Of a stretch of DNA of 64,000 nt, positions 1-13,749 are shown one piece after another. The stretch's first letter is position 1, and each line of letters opens with the position of its first letter. This DNA is from Eledone cirrhosa (Eukaryota). The notes beneath the pieces are model-generated. The model did not search any database, was not told where the DNA came from, and worked only from the letters and a program-made list of their open reading frames with translations. The stretch is taken from assembly GCA_964016885.1 (NCBI GenBank), contig OZ024747.1, forward strand, positions 54,498,001 through 54,562,000. Direction: 5' to 3'. The position numbers and the translations under genes were made by a program.

Positions 1-317
1 TGGGTAAGAATGTGTGAGTGAGAGAGTGAGTGAGTGAGATTGTGTGAGTGAGCGAGAGAAATGAGGGAGTAAAATAACGAAAGAGAGGGGACAACCAGTG
101 GCATAAAGGATTATATAAAATAGAGGTAAATTATATATGAGGGAGGTAAATGACGTTTGATTTACAAAGGGTTGAGAGAGAGGAAGAAGAATTAAAAGGA
201 GGCATAGAAATAGGATGTGGATCTGGCAATTATGCAATACATTTTATGTGTATATAAGATAGAGATATTTGGTGTGAATGGGAGAGACAGAGAAAAAGAA
301 AGAGAGACAGAGAGATA

Positions 318-383
<66 letters not shown>

Positions 384-452
384 AAGAGAGAGAGAGAACG
401 AGACAGATTCATGAGGAGACGGGTAAGTTAAATAAACAATTCATTGTAACTA

Positions 453-755
453 TATGAGGTACTCTCAAGAAGTTTTGGGACTTTTTTCAGACACTTTTAA
501 TTGACCTACGTAATTGTCACTCTGATATCACTTTGATACGGTTATAATAAGCTAACATGCCCAATACTTTTTTTTAATCCAGATTAAAAGTTGGGGTCGC
601 TAGGGCCGTTTAAACAGTACACGTCATACATGTCTTGTCAGAACTGACTGGTCATACAGTGCAGTCGTTACGTTTGCTCAAAATGGAGGCCCGATATGCA
701 TCAAGTTCGGCAAAACGCTGCAAAAATATATGAAATAGTCAAAACTGATTACTGA
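453..755 (+). mobile_element. Degenerate mariner (Tc1/mariner) 5' fragment: TIR-like end plus transposase N-terminus
   Basis: TA-initiated TIR-like 'tatgaggtactctcaagaagttttgggact' at about 453-482. From ATG at 683, allowing small indels, it reads MEARYA-IKF-GK-NAAKIYEIVKTDY, matching the mariner N-terminal pattern (MEQRYAIKF..GK.A.ETYEML..AY). Confidence 0.6.
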
Positions 756-814
756 TTAACTTTCATGAACCAGGCGACTGCTTTCCACTTAAAATACAGT
801 GAGAAATTACATAA

Positions 815-1050
815 GAGCCAGGACGTTCAGATATTTGATTATTTTCAGGGCTGTACATTTTCCTCCTAAATTCAGTTGCCCACTTTTGCACTGTTATTAA
901 ATCTGGGGCAGCATAACTTATTGTACCAATCGTCTCAGCATGAATGTCCTTGAGAGCACCACGATGTCAAATTTCGTCCACTTTCAAAAGAGCTTGTTAC
1001 CAGTTACATTTGAAATCTTCTTTGAACAGTCAGATATAAGTTAACCTGAA
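815..1050 (-). mobile_element. Second, unrelated mariner transposase 5' fragment (HTH region)
   Basis: Minus strand about 981 to 820 reads (V/M)DEI*HRGA.KDIHAETIGTISYAAPDLITVQKWATEFRRKMYSPENNQISERP, resembling mariner HTH '...APALSTVQKWAAEFKRGRESLEDDPRSGRP'. Confidence 0.7.
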
Positions 1051-1184
1051 AAAAAAAAAGATTCAATGCAGTTACTAATAAGAAGACTTTAAATTAATGC
1101 ATGCAAGATTTTACAACACTAGCATCTCTCCTTCGTAGTCATCCTATGTACTTTGCAGCCCACCCAAGTATATATATATATATA

Positions 1185-3440
1185 GTATAATAGTAGAACA
1201 CTGGTGTTATATCAGTACTAGTATAGCACCCAGTCCATGGCACGAGTTGTGTAGAAGTACTTCCACAACTCTTAAGATGGCGAGCCCTAGCTTTCGATGG
1301 TAAAATTACAGGCACCACTAACACATACAACCTGGAATCAAGACCCTATCCTAATAGGGTAATGAACTCACTCGTTTTGAAGCGGGCATTCTTGATTTAG
1401 TCACTAACATTTCCTTTTGCAAACATTCTAGCACCTTCCAAACGAAACTTAGAAGTGACATTAAGAAATTTAGGTCTTCCACTAAATCGTTCGTCCTTTC
1501 TGACAAAACTAATAACATTTACGAAGTCGATAATACTTCATACAGCCAACTGGCACGAACCACTATAACTTCTAAATATAAGAAGGCTGACCACACGGTC
1601 TACCACGGTATCAATACATAAGCCAAATACCTAACCTTCACTCTTAAGGTAGATAAGGAACTTCAAGCGTGAGGCCTTTCTCACCCTTAAGGATCACAAG
1701 GTAGACTACGTGTAGATTACTGAACCCGGCACAGACGGAGATGGCGCTAGCCTGTAAGGCTATACTTAGGAATATAGTTAAGACTATTATGATTAAGTCC
1801 AACCTGTCCCAGAGGGAGAACAGTGACTCTGTATTTAAGAGGTTCATCTTTTCAGCTCCAAAAAGGTGACGTTCACACAATTCGACATCGTGGATGTTGA
1901 ATTGTGTGAACGGCGGCCCTGTTGAACAAAGTGGTGGACATTGTAATCACTTAAACTGACGTCAATGATTTAGACAGTGAGATCATTGCACATTGCCGGA
2001 AAGCCTTCTTCTTCAATAACGGAGTAGCCTTGACAAAGAAGTCAACTACTTCAGAACTATTCGACGTATCAATGGGATCATTCGATAGTGCTGATGTATG
2101 CGACTTGGTTGGCTTATTTATTTTAGATACGTTACGTACTAGATTCCCGGACTGCCACACGGATTTATACCACGATGGGGGTCTGATCCTATCGAGCCAT
2201 AAAAGTGATCACGAGCTGGACCGTTTAGACAAAGATTTAATTACTACCTTTAATGAGTTAGGACTTAGGATAACAGTAGATACCAACCTTACTAGCGTAG
2301 ATTACTTAGAAATATATTAAGATTTTCACAGATACACCTTTAGATACTTCCATAAACTAAATTACATACATAAGGACTCATACCACGCATCTACAGTTTT
2401 TAGAAACTTCGTGAAAAATATCGGCACTAGAATCTCTAATATCCACTAATAAAGCAATATACTACAGCGTGGCGTTAGCTAACAGCGGCTTATCGCCACC
2501 AATTTCTTACTCCTCTGCTAACTCCAACAACAATAGAAGAGGATTCGTGGTAATGGAAAAATAATTTATTCTTCGCCCCCTTTTCACTTAACGTTAAAAC
2601 TAATGTAGGCAAACTATTCTAGCTCTCTTAGATAGACACTTCCCCAGAGGTCAAAAATATCGGTCCATCTTCAACAGACACAGGGTGACACTAGGATACT
2701 CCTGTGCTAAGAATATAAAGGTCGATATCACCAACAGCCTTAAGAGTAGCACCCCACCAGGATGCTGATGCTGAAAGCACTAAGCTTGTCCCCTTCTACA
2801 ACAATGTAACACACCCGCTTTAATTCATGACCGATCAAATGAACAATAAAAGGCTAAATCCTATGTAAGTATGGCGGAGGGCCGTTTTAAAGAATGCTTC
2901 CTAAACCATTTGTCGACCTTTGGATGCCCGTACAAATGATCGGCCAGGAAGCTCGCGAGCTACGTATGATCCCTGAAGAATACGAGCGTGGATTACTGCT
3001 TCCAGTGGAAAGTTATTACTAAGTCTAAGCCATACGAAAATGGGAATATGTCTTCTGGGCTGTGCATTGAAGAAAGAATCAATATCAGGAGAAATTTACG
3101 TATTAACGCTTGTCTAATTTCAAGCAATGAACTTTTTTCAAAATGTTCATACGTCTGTAAAAACTTATTAAGTAATTACAAAGCTCCAGATTAACTAACA
3201 TGAACAATCTATAATATTCTGGACTGAGTAACAGGAATAATCTATAATTATTCCGAGTGTCCACAGTTGTCTCCCTACATCGTTCTATCTTGGGCTTACC
3301 TCCATTTGGGAAGTAACTGTTTCTGCACATGCATATTCGAACAGTTGTTTTATATTTTCCATAACACCTTATTTACACCGAGCTGATGATCCTAATAAGT
3401 TCTCGGAAATGGTGAACTAACTGTTGTCGAACTACTACTA
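1185..3440 (+). mobile_element. Decayed Penelope-like retroelement (RT + C-terminal GIY-YIG endonuclease), Naiad-like
   Basis: Collinear frameshifted motifs: SDKTNNIYEV (~1500), TLKDHK and CRLLNPAQTE (~1680-1740), FDVSMGSFDSADVCDLVGLFIL and LYHDGGL (degenerate LYRDDGL; ORF 2030-2320), NVKTNVGKLF..LLDRHFP..IFNR..GYSCAKNIK (~2590-2720), C.C....CPL...C (~2763-2810), YVSMAEGRFKECFLNH and KLASYVWSLK (GIY-YIG, ~2860-2980), LCIEE..ELFSKC (ORF 2988-3194). Bounded by (TA)n on both sides. Confidence 0.88.
3378..3430 (+). ncRNA. Degenerate hammerhead ribozyme motif in the 3' pLTR of the Penelope-like element
   Basis: CTGATGA at 3383-3389 and GAAC (GAAA missing one base) at 3414-3417, followed by GTT/GTC. 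This is the position expected for a PLE pLTR hammerhead, but the stems are weak. Confidence 0.45.
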
Positions 3441-3554
3441 TTTATATATATATATATATATTGTATACATACTGATGAGACACTCTCGAGACAGATGGAT
3501 AGCAGCTCTTCGAAGAAAAGTACTATTAAACAATTATATATATACATAGGTGAG

Positions 3555-3589
<35 letters not shown>

Positions 3590-3895
3590 ATATATAATAT
3601 ATATATATTTTTATTTATATACAAGTATCTGAAATAGAGTATTCCGCAGTTCACAGTAATAATAATATTAGCTCAAAGAAGAACAGAGAATTTTCAACTG
3701 AGCTCAAATACTAATATATTACACAGAGAGAAGTGTGTTACACAGAGAAATGTTTGTAAAGAATTATTACATGTGGGTTTAACCGTTACTGCATGGAAAA
3801 CAACACCTACAGGTTAGCAATTAAATAGAAAAACCCTAAGTCAGAATCAAATCTCCGAAGTAGAGTTTTCAATTACCAACCTTACAACTATAAGC

Positions 3896-3969
3896 TTGCT
3901 GATACGAATGTATTTCGTTTCGCCACTGAAATGTGTAACGGACAAGTCCACAGGTTCCTCAGTCAGCAA
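3896..3969 (-). ncRNA. Type I hammerhead ribozyme (mirror copy in left arm)
   Basis: Reverse complement reads ttgctga-CTGAGGA-...-GAAAC-gaaatacattc-GTA-tcagcaa. Confidence 0.85.
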
Positions 3970-4021
3970 GTGTGGAATTGCCCGCCACACATCTAGCCTA
4001 ATGTGGCGGGCAATTCCACAT

Positions 4022-4095
4022 TTGCTGACTGAGGAACCTGTGGACTTGTCCGTTACGCATTTCAGTGGAGAAACGAAATAGATTCGTATCAGCAA
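4022..4095 (+). ncRNA. Type I hammerhead ribozyme
   Basis: Stem I ttgctga (4022-4028)/tcagcaa (4089-4095) is perfectly paired. Core CTGAGGA 4029-4035 and GAAA 4070-4073; stem III ACGAA/TTCGT; cleavage triplet GTA 4086-4088. Confidence 0.85.
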
Positions 4096-4272
4096 GCTTA
4101 TAGTTATAAAGTTGGTAATTGAAAACTCTACTTCGGAGATTTGATTCTGACTTAGGGTTCTTTCTATTTAATTGCTAACCTGTAGGTGTTGTTTTCCATG
4201 CAGTAACGGTTAAACCCACATGTAATAATTCTTTACACACATCTCACTGTGTAACACACTTCTCTCTGTGTA

Positions 4273-4277
<5 letters not shown>

Positions 4278-4317
<40 letters not shown>

Positions 4318-4360
4318 TGTATGTATATACATATGTATATATATATATATAATTATATGC

Positions 4361-4400
<40 letters not shown>

Positions 4401-4609
4401 ATACTGTCACCCCCATTTATATATATTTATATTCACATTCTATTATATATGTTCGGACATTACAGACAATTTTGCTTAAATCCATTCTGATTTCAATTTG
4501 TTGACTTACATCTCCTCTCAGCCTACTCATACCAACCTACACGACATTCATTTAGTGCTTCAACTAATAACTTATTATACGTGTGTATACATATACAGAT
4601 GCATTACAC

Positions 4610-4703
<94 letters not shown>

Positions 4704-4785
4704 ATATATATATATGTTTAAATATATATGTATATATATGTATGTATGTATATATATATATATACATATATATTCACATATATAT

Positions 4786-4819
<34 letters not shown>

Positions 4820-4957
4820 ATGTATACATATATAAATATATATATATATACATATATAAATATACATAAATATATATATATACTTATATATATATATATG
4901 TATATATACTTACATACATATAAACATATATGTATGCGTATGCGTATGCGTATACAT

Positions 4958-4994
<37 letters not shown>

Positions 4995-4995
4995 T
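4278..4995. repeat. (TA)n / (TATG)n microsatellite cluster
   Basis: Visible long TA runs, interrupted by a short unique stretch. Confidence 0.9.
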
Positions 4996-6989
4996 TACAT
5001 TATTGCCAGTCCAAGTGTATTATTGGATGATTATTTACCAATTCCATTCACATCTAGGAAATCATGCCCGCCTCGCACTTACCCCCACCCCCAAAACACA
5101 CACACACACACACACAAACTACTCATACTACATATGCAGAAATACATATTGAGATTCATATATTTATTCCTACACATCTCGTACATATTGGAACAAACAC
5201 GAGTTTCTCAATTTTACTAATTCAAATCGCCGTTCATATACATTGACAGTCTTGTTTAATCCGATATCTCTCTCACTCACACATCCGTCATTATTGTCGG
5301 TCGGTTTCAACATGGAAATTCCTCTCTAAGGCGCAATGCTTAGCAAATAACTTTATCGCACGATAGTGATGTCCAAGGAAGTTTCAAGGGTATTTAGTGA
5401 TTCGTACCGATATATATATTATATACAGACTATATTTATACTATGTACGACCCGACCATGAGACAGGTTGTACTGGGTTAGATATTACCAGTAGCACTCG
5501 AGAGGGATCTGACATATTTACACACATACATAATACACACATACATACATACAGACATACAATTCACGATACTCGAATCCATTAAGCTGGCGAGTAAAAT
5601 CTGAGATAGAGTGGCATCCACTCACAGGCGATGTCTTCTGTAGGCAGGCGTTTAATGCCAAAGTATTTCAGATACTATCCACCGTATTGAGTCACCAACA
5701 TATATTAATATATATCTGATTCAGACGATATATAATTGCATAACTATCTACAAACATGTATACATATAAAGACACATAGATGATGCTGCAACTCAATATC
5801 GAGTAATGTCATCGCTTGATGCTTAAGCATCACAGATGTAGCTTTTTAGTTCTGCTAAGGACTTGCCTAAGACCAGTATTGCTATGCATCGCAAAAAATG
5901 TCAAGGGATGCCTGTGCTTGAAGCTTTTATATGTGAGGAAAAGCTTTGCACGGGGCCGATCCCACGCTCTGAACATGGAATGCATTTAACCAAAAGGTAG
6001 AACTGATCTATATCATTGGATGCAAACGAAGTCGCAGGATTTATACGAGAGTAATCTTCTCTTAGAGAGATGTCTTAATGCAGACTTGAGAATCGCTCCA
6101 CAAAACAACAACAACAACAAAGAAACACATAGATAAATACATATATACATACATATATGCTTATATATACATACATATACACATACATACATGCCTACTT
6201 GCATACATACATACATGCATGCATGCATGCATACACACATACATACATACATACATACATTTATACGTAGATATATTTACATGTCTACATAAACGGAGTA
6301 TGCATACATACATCTCGGGGATAAAGAAATAATATAGGTGAGAAAATAAATATAACTGAAAAACATAATAATAATAGACCATAAACATTATTGAGAAGCC
6401 TTTAAAAGTATTCCAGACTTTAAAAAGTATGTCTAAGTTTTATATAATGAATCATTAAAATCGGAAGTATCACCACCCGCGTAAAACAACAACAAAACAA
6501 TAAACACTAGCTAAATCACCACATCCTATTTATGAGGGAAAATGGTGACATCACCACTCCCAACACCACCACTCCCAGCAAAACCAACACTCCCAGCACT
6601 ACCTCTCCCGGCACCATTTTTCCCGGCCCCATCACCACTCATAGAACCACCACCTCTCCCATCACCACCAACACTAATAGAACCACTACCTCTCCCAGTA
6701 CCATCACCACTCCCGCCACCATCAGCATTCTCAGCACCACGAGCTCTCCCAGCACCATCACCATAATATCAATAATAGTAACAACAACAATAAGAACAAA
6801 AACAACGCTGACTATAACACATAAATCTTACACCAGCAACAGCAGTGTCAACATGAACAATTGCAATGCTATCAAAGTTTACAACAACAGCAATAACAAA
6901 GCGACCAATTGCTGAAGAAAAATGTTAATACTGGTGACAACAATACTGTCATGGCTAATAAGGGTGACACTAATAATAACAGAAACATA

Positions 6990-9900
6990 ACAGGCAACAA
7001 CAGTAACAACAACAATATCACAGCCAACAACATTAACAACAACACCACCAACAAAGACACCACAAACACCACCAACAACGACACCACCAACACCACCAAC
7101 AATAACAACAGCAATATCACAACCAACAACATTAACAACAACACTACCAACAACGACACCACCACACCACCAACTATAACAACAGCAATATCATAACCAA
7201 CAACATTAACAACAACACTACCAACAACGACAACACCAACACCACCAACAATAACAACATCAATATCACAACCAACAACATTAACAACACACCATCAACA
7301 ACGACACCACCAACACCACCAACAATAACAACAGCAATATCACAACCAACAACATTAACAAAAACAACACCAACAACGACACCACCAACATCACCAACAA
7401 TAACAACAGCAATATCACAACCAACAACATTAACAACACACCATCAACAACGACACCACCAACATCACCAACATTAACAACAGCAATATCACAACCAACA
7501 ACATTAACAAAAACAACACCAACAACGACACCACCAACAATAGCAACAGCAATATCACAACCAACAACATTAACAACACACCACCAACAACGACACCACC
7601 ACACCACCAACTATAACAACAGCAATATCACAACCAACAACATTAACAACACACCACCAACAACGACACCACCACACCACCAACTATAACAACAGCAATA
7701 TCATAACCAACAACATTAACAACACACCATCAACAACACCACCAACGACACCACCAACACCACCAACGATAACAACAGCAATATCGCAACCAACAACATT
7801 AACAACAACACCGCCAACAACGACACCACCAACACCACCAACAATAACAACAGCAACATCACAACCAACAACATTAACAAAAACAACACCAACAACGACA
7901 CCACCAACACCACCAACAATAACAACAGCAATATCACAACCAACAACATTAACAACAACACCATCAACAACGCCACCACCAACACCAACAACAATAACAA
8001 CAGCAATATCACAACCAACAACATTAACAAAAACAACACCAACAACGACACCACCAACACCAACAACAATAACAACAGCAATATCACAACCAACAACATT
8101 AACAAAAACAACACCAACAACGACACCACCAACACCACCAACTATAACAACAGCAATATCACAACCAACAATATTAACAACAACACCATCCACAACGCCA
8201 CCACCAACACCATCCACAACGCCACCACCAACACCAACAACAATAACAACAGCAATATCACAACTAACAACATTAACAACACACCACCAACAACGACACC
8301 ACCAACACCACCAACTATAACAACAGCAATATCACAACCAACAACATTAACAACAACACCACCAACAACGACACCACCAACACCACCAACAATAACAACA
8401 GCAATATCACAACCAACATCATTAACAACACACCATCAACAACGACACCACCAACACCACCAACAATAACAACAGCAATATAAAAACCAACAACATTAAC
8501 AACACGCCATCAACAACGACACCACCAACACCACCAACGATAACAACAGCAATATAACAACCAACAACATTAACAACAACACCACCAACAACGACACCAC
8601 CAACACCACCAACGTTAACAACAGCAATATCACAACCATCAACATTAACAACAACACCACCAACAAAGACACCACCAACACCACCAACGACACCACCAAC
8701 ACCACCAACAATAACAACAGCAATATCACAACCAACAACTTTAACAACAACACCACCAACAACGACACCACCAACACCACCAACGATAACAACAGCAATA
8801 TAACAACCAACAACATTAACAACAACACCACCAACAAAGACACCACCAACACCACCAACGACACCACCAACACCACCAACAATAACAACAGCAATATCAC
8901 AACCAACAACATTAACAACAACACCACCAACAACGACACCACCAACACCACCAACGATAACAACAGCGATATAACAACCAACAACATTAACAACAACACC
9001 ACCAACAACGACACCACCAACACCACCAACGATAACAACAGCAATATAACAACCAACAACATTAACAACAAGACCACCAACAATGACACCACCAACACCA
9101 CCAACGATAACAACAGCAATATCACAACCAACAACATTAACAACAACACCACCAACAACGACACCACCAACACCACCAACGATAACAACAGCAATATAAC
9201 AACCAACAACATTAACAACAAACCATCAACAACGACACCACCAACACCACCATCGACAACAACAGCAATATCACAACCAACAACATTAACAACAACACCA
9301 CCAACAACGACACCACCAACACCACCATCGACAACAACAGCAATATCACAACCAACAACATTAACAACAACACCACCAACAACGACACCACCAACACCAC
9401 CAACGATAACAACAGCAATATAACAACCAACAACATTAAAAACAAGACCACCAACAATGACACCACCAACACCACCAACGATAACAACAGCAATATCACA
9501 ACCAACAACATTAACAACAACACCACCAACAACGACACCACCAACACCACCATCGACAACAACAGCAATATCACAACCAACAACATTAACAACAACACCA
9601 CCAACAACGACACCACCAACACCACCATCGACAACAACAGCAATATCACAACCAACAACATTAACAACAACACCACCAACAACGACACCACCAACACCAC
9701 CATCGACAACAACAGCAATATCACGAACAATAGCATTAACAATAATAACACCAACAACGACACCACCAACACCACCAACTATAACAACAATAACAACAGC
9801 AATATCACAACCAACAACATTAACAACAACACCACCAACAACGACACCACCAACACCACCAACAATAACAACATCAATATCACAACGAACAACATTAGCA

Positions 9901-10110
9901 ACAACACCACCAACAACGACACCACCAACACCACCAACGACACCACCAACGACACCACCAACACCACCAACGATAACAACAGCAATATCGCAACCAACAA
10001 CATTAACAACAACAACACCACCAACGACACCACCAACGACACCACCAACACCACCAACAATGACAACAGCAATATCACAACCAACAACATTAACAACACA
10101 CCATCGACAA
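6990..10110. repeat. C/A-rich minisatellite, ~75-bp unit
   Basis: Unit accaccaacaacgacaccaccaacaccaccaacgataacaacagcaatatcacaaccaacaacattaacaacaac repeated roughly 40 times with indels. Confidence 0.95.
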
Positions 10111-10139
10111 CGACACCACCAACACCACCAAAACAACAA

Positions 10140-11660
10140 TAACACAGCCACCAACAACAACAAAACCAACACCATCCATACCACAAAAACAACACCACCA
10201 CCGCCGCCAACAAGAAAAACAACATCGTCCCTACCACCAAAACACCACCACCACCGCCGCCAACAAGTAAACCAACACCATCCCTACCTCCAAAACAACA
10301 CCACCACCGCCGTTAACAAGAGAACCAACATCATCCCTACCACCAAATGACCACTACCGCCGCCGCCAACAACAACAGAGCCAACACCATCCCTACCACC
10401 AAAACAACAATAACACAGCCACCAACAACAACAAAACCAACAGCACCCTACCACCAAAACAACACCACCACCGCCGCCAACAAGAAAAACAACACCATCC
10501 CTACCACCAAAACAACACCACCACCGCCGCCAACAAGAAAACCAACACCATGTCTACCACCAAAACAACACCACCACCGCCACCAACAACTACACAAACA
10601 ACACCATCCCTACCACCAAAACAACAGCACCACCGCCGCCGCCGCCAACAACAACAAAACCAACACCATCCCTACCACCAAAACAACACCACCACCGCCG
10701 CCGCCAACAACAACAAAACCAACACCATCTCTACCACCAAAACAACACCACCACCGCCGCCGCCAACAACAACAAAACCAACACCATCCCTACCACCAAA
10801 ACAACACCACCACCGCCGCCGCCAACAACAACAAAACCAACACCATCACTACCACCAAAACAACACCACCATCGCTGCCGCCAACAACAACAAAACCAAC
10901 ACCATCCCTACCACCAAAACAACACCACCACCGCCGCCGCCAACAACAACAAAACCAACACCATCCCTACCACCAAAACAACACCACCATCGCTGCCGCC
11001 AACAACAACAAAACCAACACCATCCCTACCACCAAAACAACACCACCACCACCGCCGCCAACAACAAGAAAACCAACACCATCCCTACCACCAAAACAAC
11101 ACCACCACCACCGCCGCCAACAACAACAAAACCAACACCATCCCTACCACCAAAACAACACCACCACCGCCGCCGCCAACAACAACAAAACCAACACCAT
11201 CCCTACCACCAAAACAACACCACCACCGCCGCCAACAAGAAAACCAACACCATCCCTACCACCAAAACAACACCACCACCGCCGCCAACAAGAAAACCAA
11301 CATCATCCCTACCACCAAAACACCACCACCACCGCCGCCAACAAGAAAACCAACATCATCCCTACCACCAAAACACCACTACCGCCGCCGCCAACAAGAA
11401 AACCAACACCACCCCTACCACCAAAACACCACCACCACCGCCGCCAACAAGAAAACCGACACCACCCCTACCACCAAAACAACACCACCACCGCCACCAA
11501 CAAGAAAACCAACATCATCCCTACCACCAGAACACCACCGCCACCAACAAGAAAACCAACATCATCCCTACCACCAAAACACCACCACCACGCCACCAAC
11601 AACAACAGAACCAACACCACCCCTACCACCAAAACAACAATAACACAGCCACCAGCAACA
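10140..11660. repeat. C/A-rich minisatellite, ~53-62-bp unit
   Basis: Unit accatccctaccaccaaaacaacaccaccaccgccgccgccaacaacaacaaaaccaac in tandem. Confidence 0.95.
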
Positions 11661-12139
11661 ACAAGAACGCTGCCACCACTTTGCACAATAACAACGGCAG
11701 CAACAACAGCACAAACAAACACCAACAACAGTATGACGGCCAAAACTAATGAAATATTAACTTCGGCGATTTACAAGCAAAAATATATATATTTTTTGTT
11801 CACGTGTCGACCTTTCTGTGATCAATCTAGCGTCTCAATATACAGTGGCAGTGGATTGGTCACGGTTGGAGTGGGGAGACATTCCCTCTGTATATACATT
11901 AGCTGTGGTTAGGTGGCAGTATAGAGATGGGGGTTGCCATATAAAATGGACTGTGGTCAAGGGTCTTTTAATGCAACCGAAAACCGCTGGCTTTGTTTGA
12001 GAAAGTCTAGCGTGATAACGACATTTATATATATTATTTTTATATATATTATGTTTATATATATATTTTTATGTAATGTATTTATATATCCTTTGTTTAA
12101 TATATTTTTTAATATTATTTATATACATTTTTTTTTATA

Positions 12140-12597
<458 letters not shown>

Positions 12598-13219
12598 GTC
12601 TGTACATGCTGAAATTATGTATTCAGATTTCTTTGTATATATCTGAATATATTGTTTTTATATATATAATGTTTATATAGCATTTTATACAGCGCCTTTA
12701 TAAAATATTTTCGTATATTTTTACGTTGTTTAGGGAAGAGGTGATTGGATATTGATAATGTCAACTATGAATTCGAGGTTAAGGTGGTCGAAGTGTCTGT
12801 GGTGATGGCAGTGATTGTGTTCGTTGTGGTGATGTTGATGGTATTGGAGGTTGTTCCGTTGTTTTTTGTTGTTCTTGTTATTGGTGGTTGTGTTGGTGGT
12901 GGTGGTGTTTGTGTGTGTGTGGGGGGGGGGTCAGTAATCGCCGTGCTGTTTCACATGATTGTTATAATGAGTGAGGGGTGGGGGGGGGAGGGGTTAATAA
13001 TGGTGGCATTGGAGATTATGATGTTCGTGGTGGTTGTGGTGGCGTCGGTGGTTAGGGTAACATTGAAGTGTGGAGGTATATATGTGTGATGATTGTGGTG
13101 GTGATGATGGTCCTCAGATAGGTTTCGCTCATCATGTTGATGATGGTGATGATGGTGATGACCACAACTTCGACGACAACGACGACGACGACGACAACAA
13201 CGATAATAAGGTCGATCAA

Positions 13220-13586
13220 GGCACCATGCTTTGCAGCATAGAGTCATGGCCCTTTACGATCTGAGTTCAAATCCGCCGAGGTTAACTTTGCCTTTCACCC
13301 TTACGCGGTCTCGATAAAATAAAGTACCAGTAATGCACTGGCGTAATTGCTGGCCTTGTGCCAAAAGTAGAAAAACGTTATTATTATTATTATTATTATT
13401 ATTATCATTATTTGCGTATAGAGTTATTTGGCGCATAGAGTTACGGCCCTTGCCATTCTGAGTTCAAATCCCGCCGAGGTTAACTTTGCCTTTCATCCTT
13501 ACGGGGTCGATAAAATAAAGTACCAGTAATGCACTGGGTATTTGCTGGCCTTGTGCCTAAAGTAGAAACAATTATTATTATTATTT
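13220..13586 (+). mobile_element. Two tandem 5'-truncated tRNA-derived SINEs (Meta-domain type) with (ATT)n tails
   Basis: Each has B-box gagttcaaatc, then gccgaggttaactttgcctttcatccttacggggtcgataaaataaagtaccag (resembles the MetaSINE central domain), 3' ctggccttgtgcc..aagtagaaa and (ATT)n. Confidence 0.85.
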
Positions 13587-13749
13587 GCTTTGTATTACAG
13601 GGCAAATTCGTTACTGTAATGATGTTGGTGGTGATGGTTTTGTGAAGATGATGGTAGTAGTGCTAGTTATGATGGTTGTGATGATGATGGTGGTTTAGTG
13701 TGTGAGCTGGTGGTTGTGATGGTAGTGTTGGTTCATGTGATGATGCTGG

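Larger units (their letters stand above)
3717..4275. repeat. Long near-perfect inverted repeat (~273-bp arms, 12-bp spacer), hammerhead-bearing fold-back element A
   Basis: 3717-3989 is the reverse complement of 4002-4275 with scattered mismatches; the spacer is catctagcctaa. The right arm abuts (TA)n. Confidence 0.95.

Noticed and set aside
2760-2810. In-frame TGA codons in the Cys-rich motif of the Penelope-like element (GC*C*KH*ACPL) as selenocysteine, known from some Naiad elements
   Set aside because: The TGAs lie between the cysteines rather than replacing them, fit CGA>TGA decay, and the ORF has many other stops and frameshifts.
3847-4095. Two near-identical ORFs on opposite strands
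   Set aside because: By-product of the palindrome.
4498-5246. YI/HT/CV-repeat ORFs here and throughout the window
   Set aside because: Translations of (TA)n, (CA)n and (TATG)n microsatellites.
8496-11912. Mucin/extensin-like ORFs
   Set aside because: Frames shift constantly with minisatellite indels and all three frames alternate; no signal peptide or splice support.
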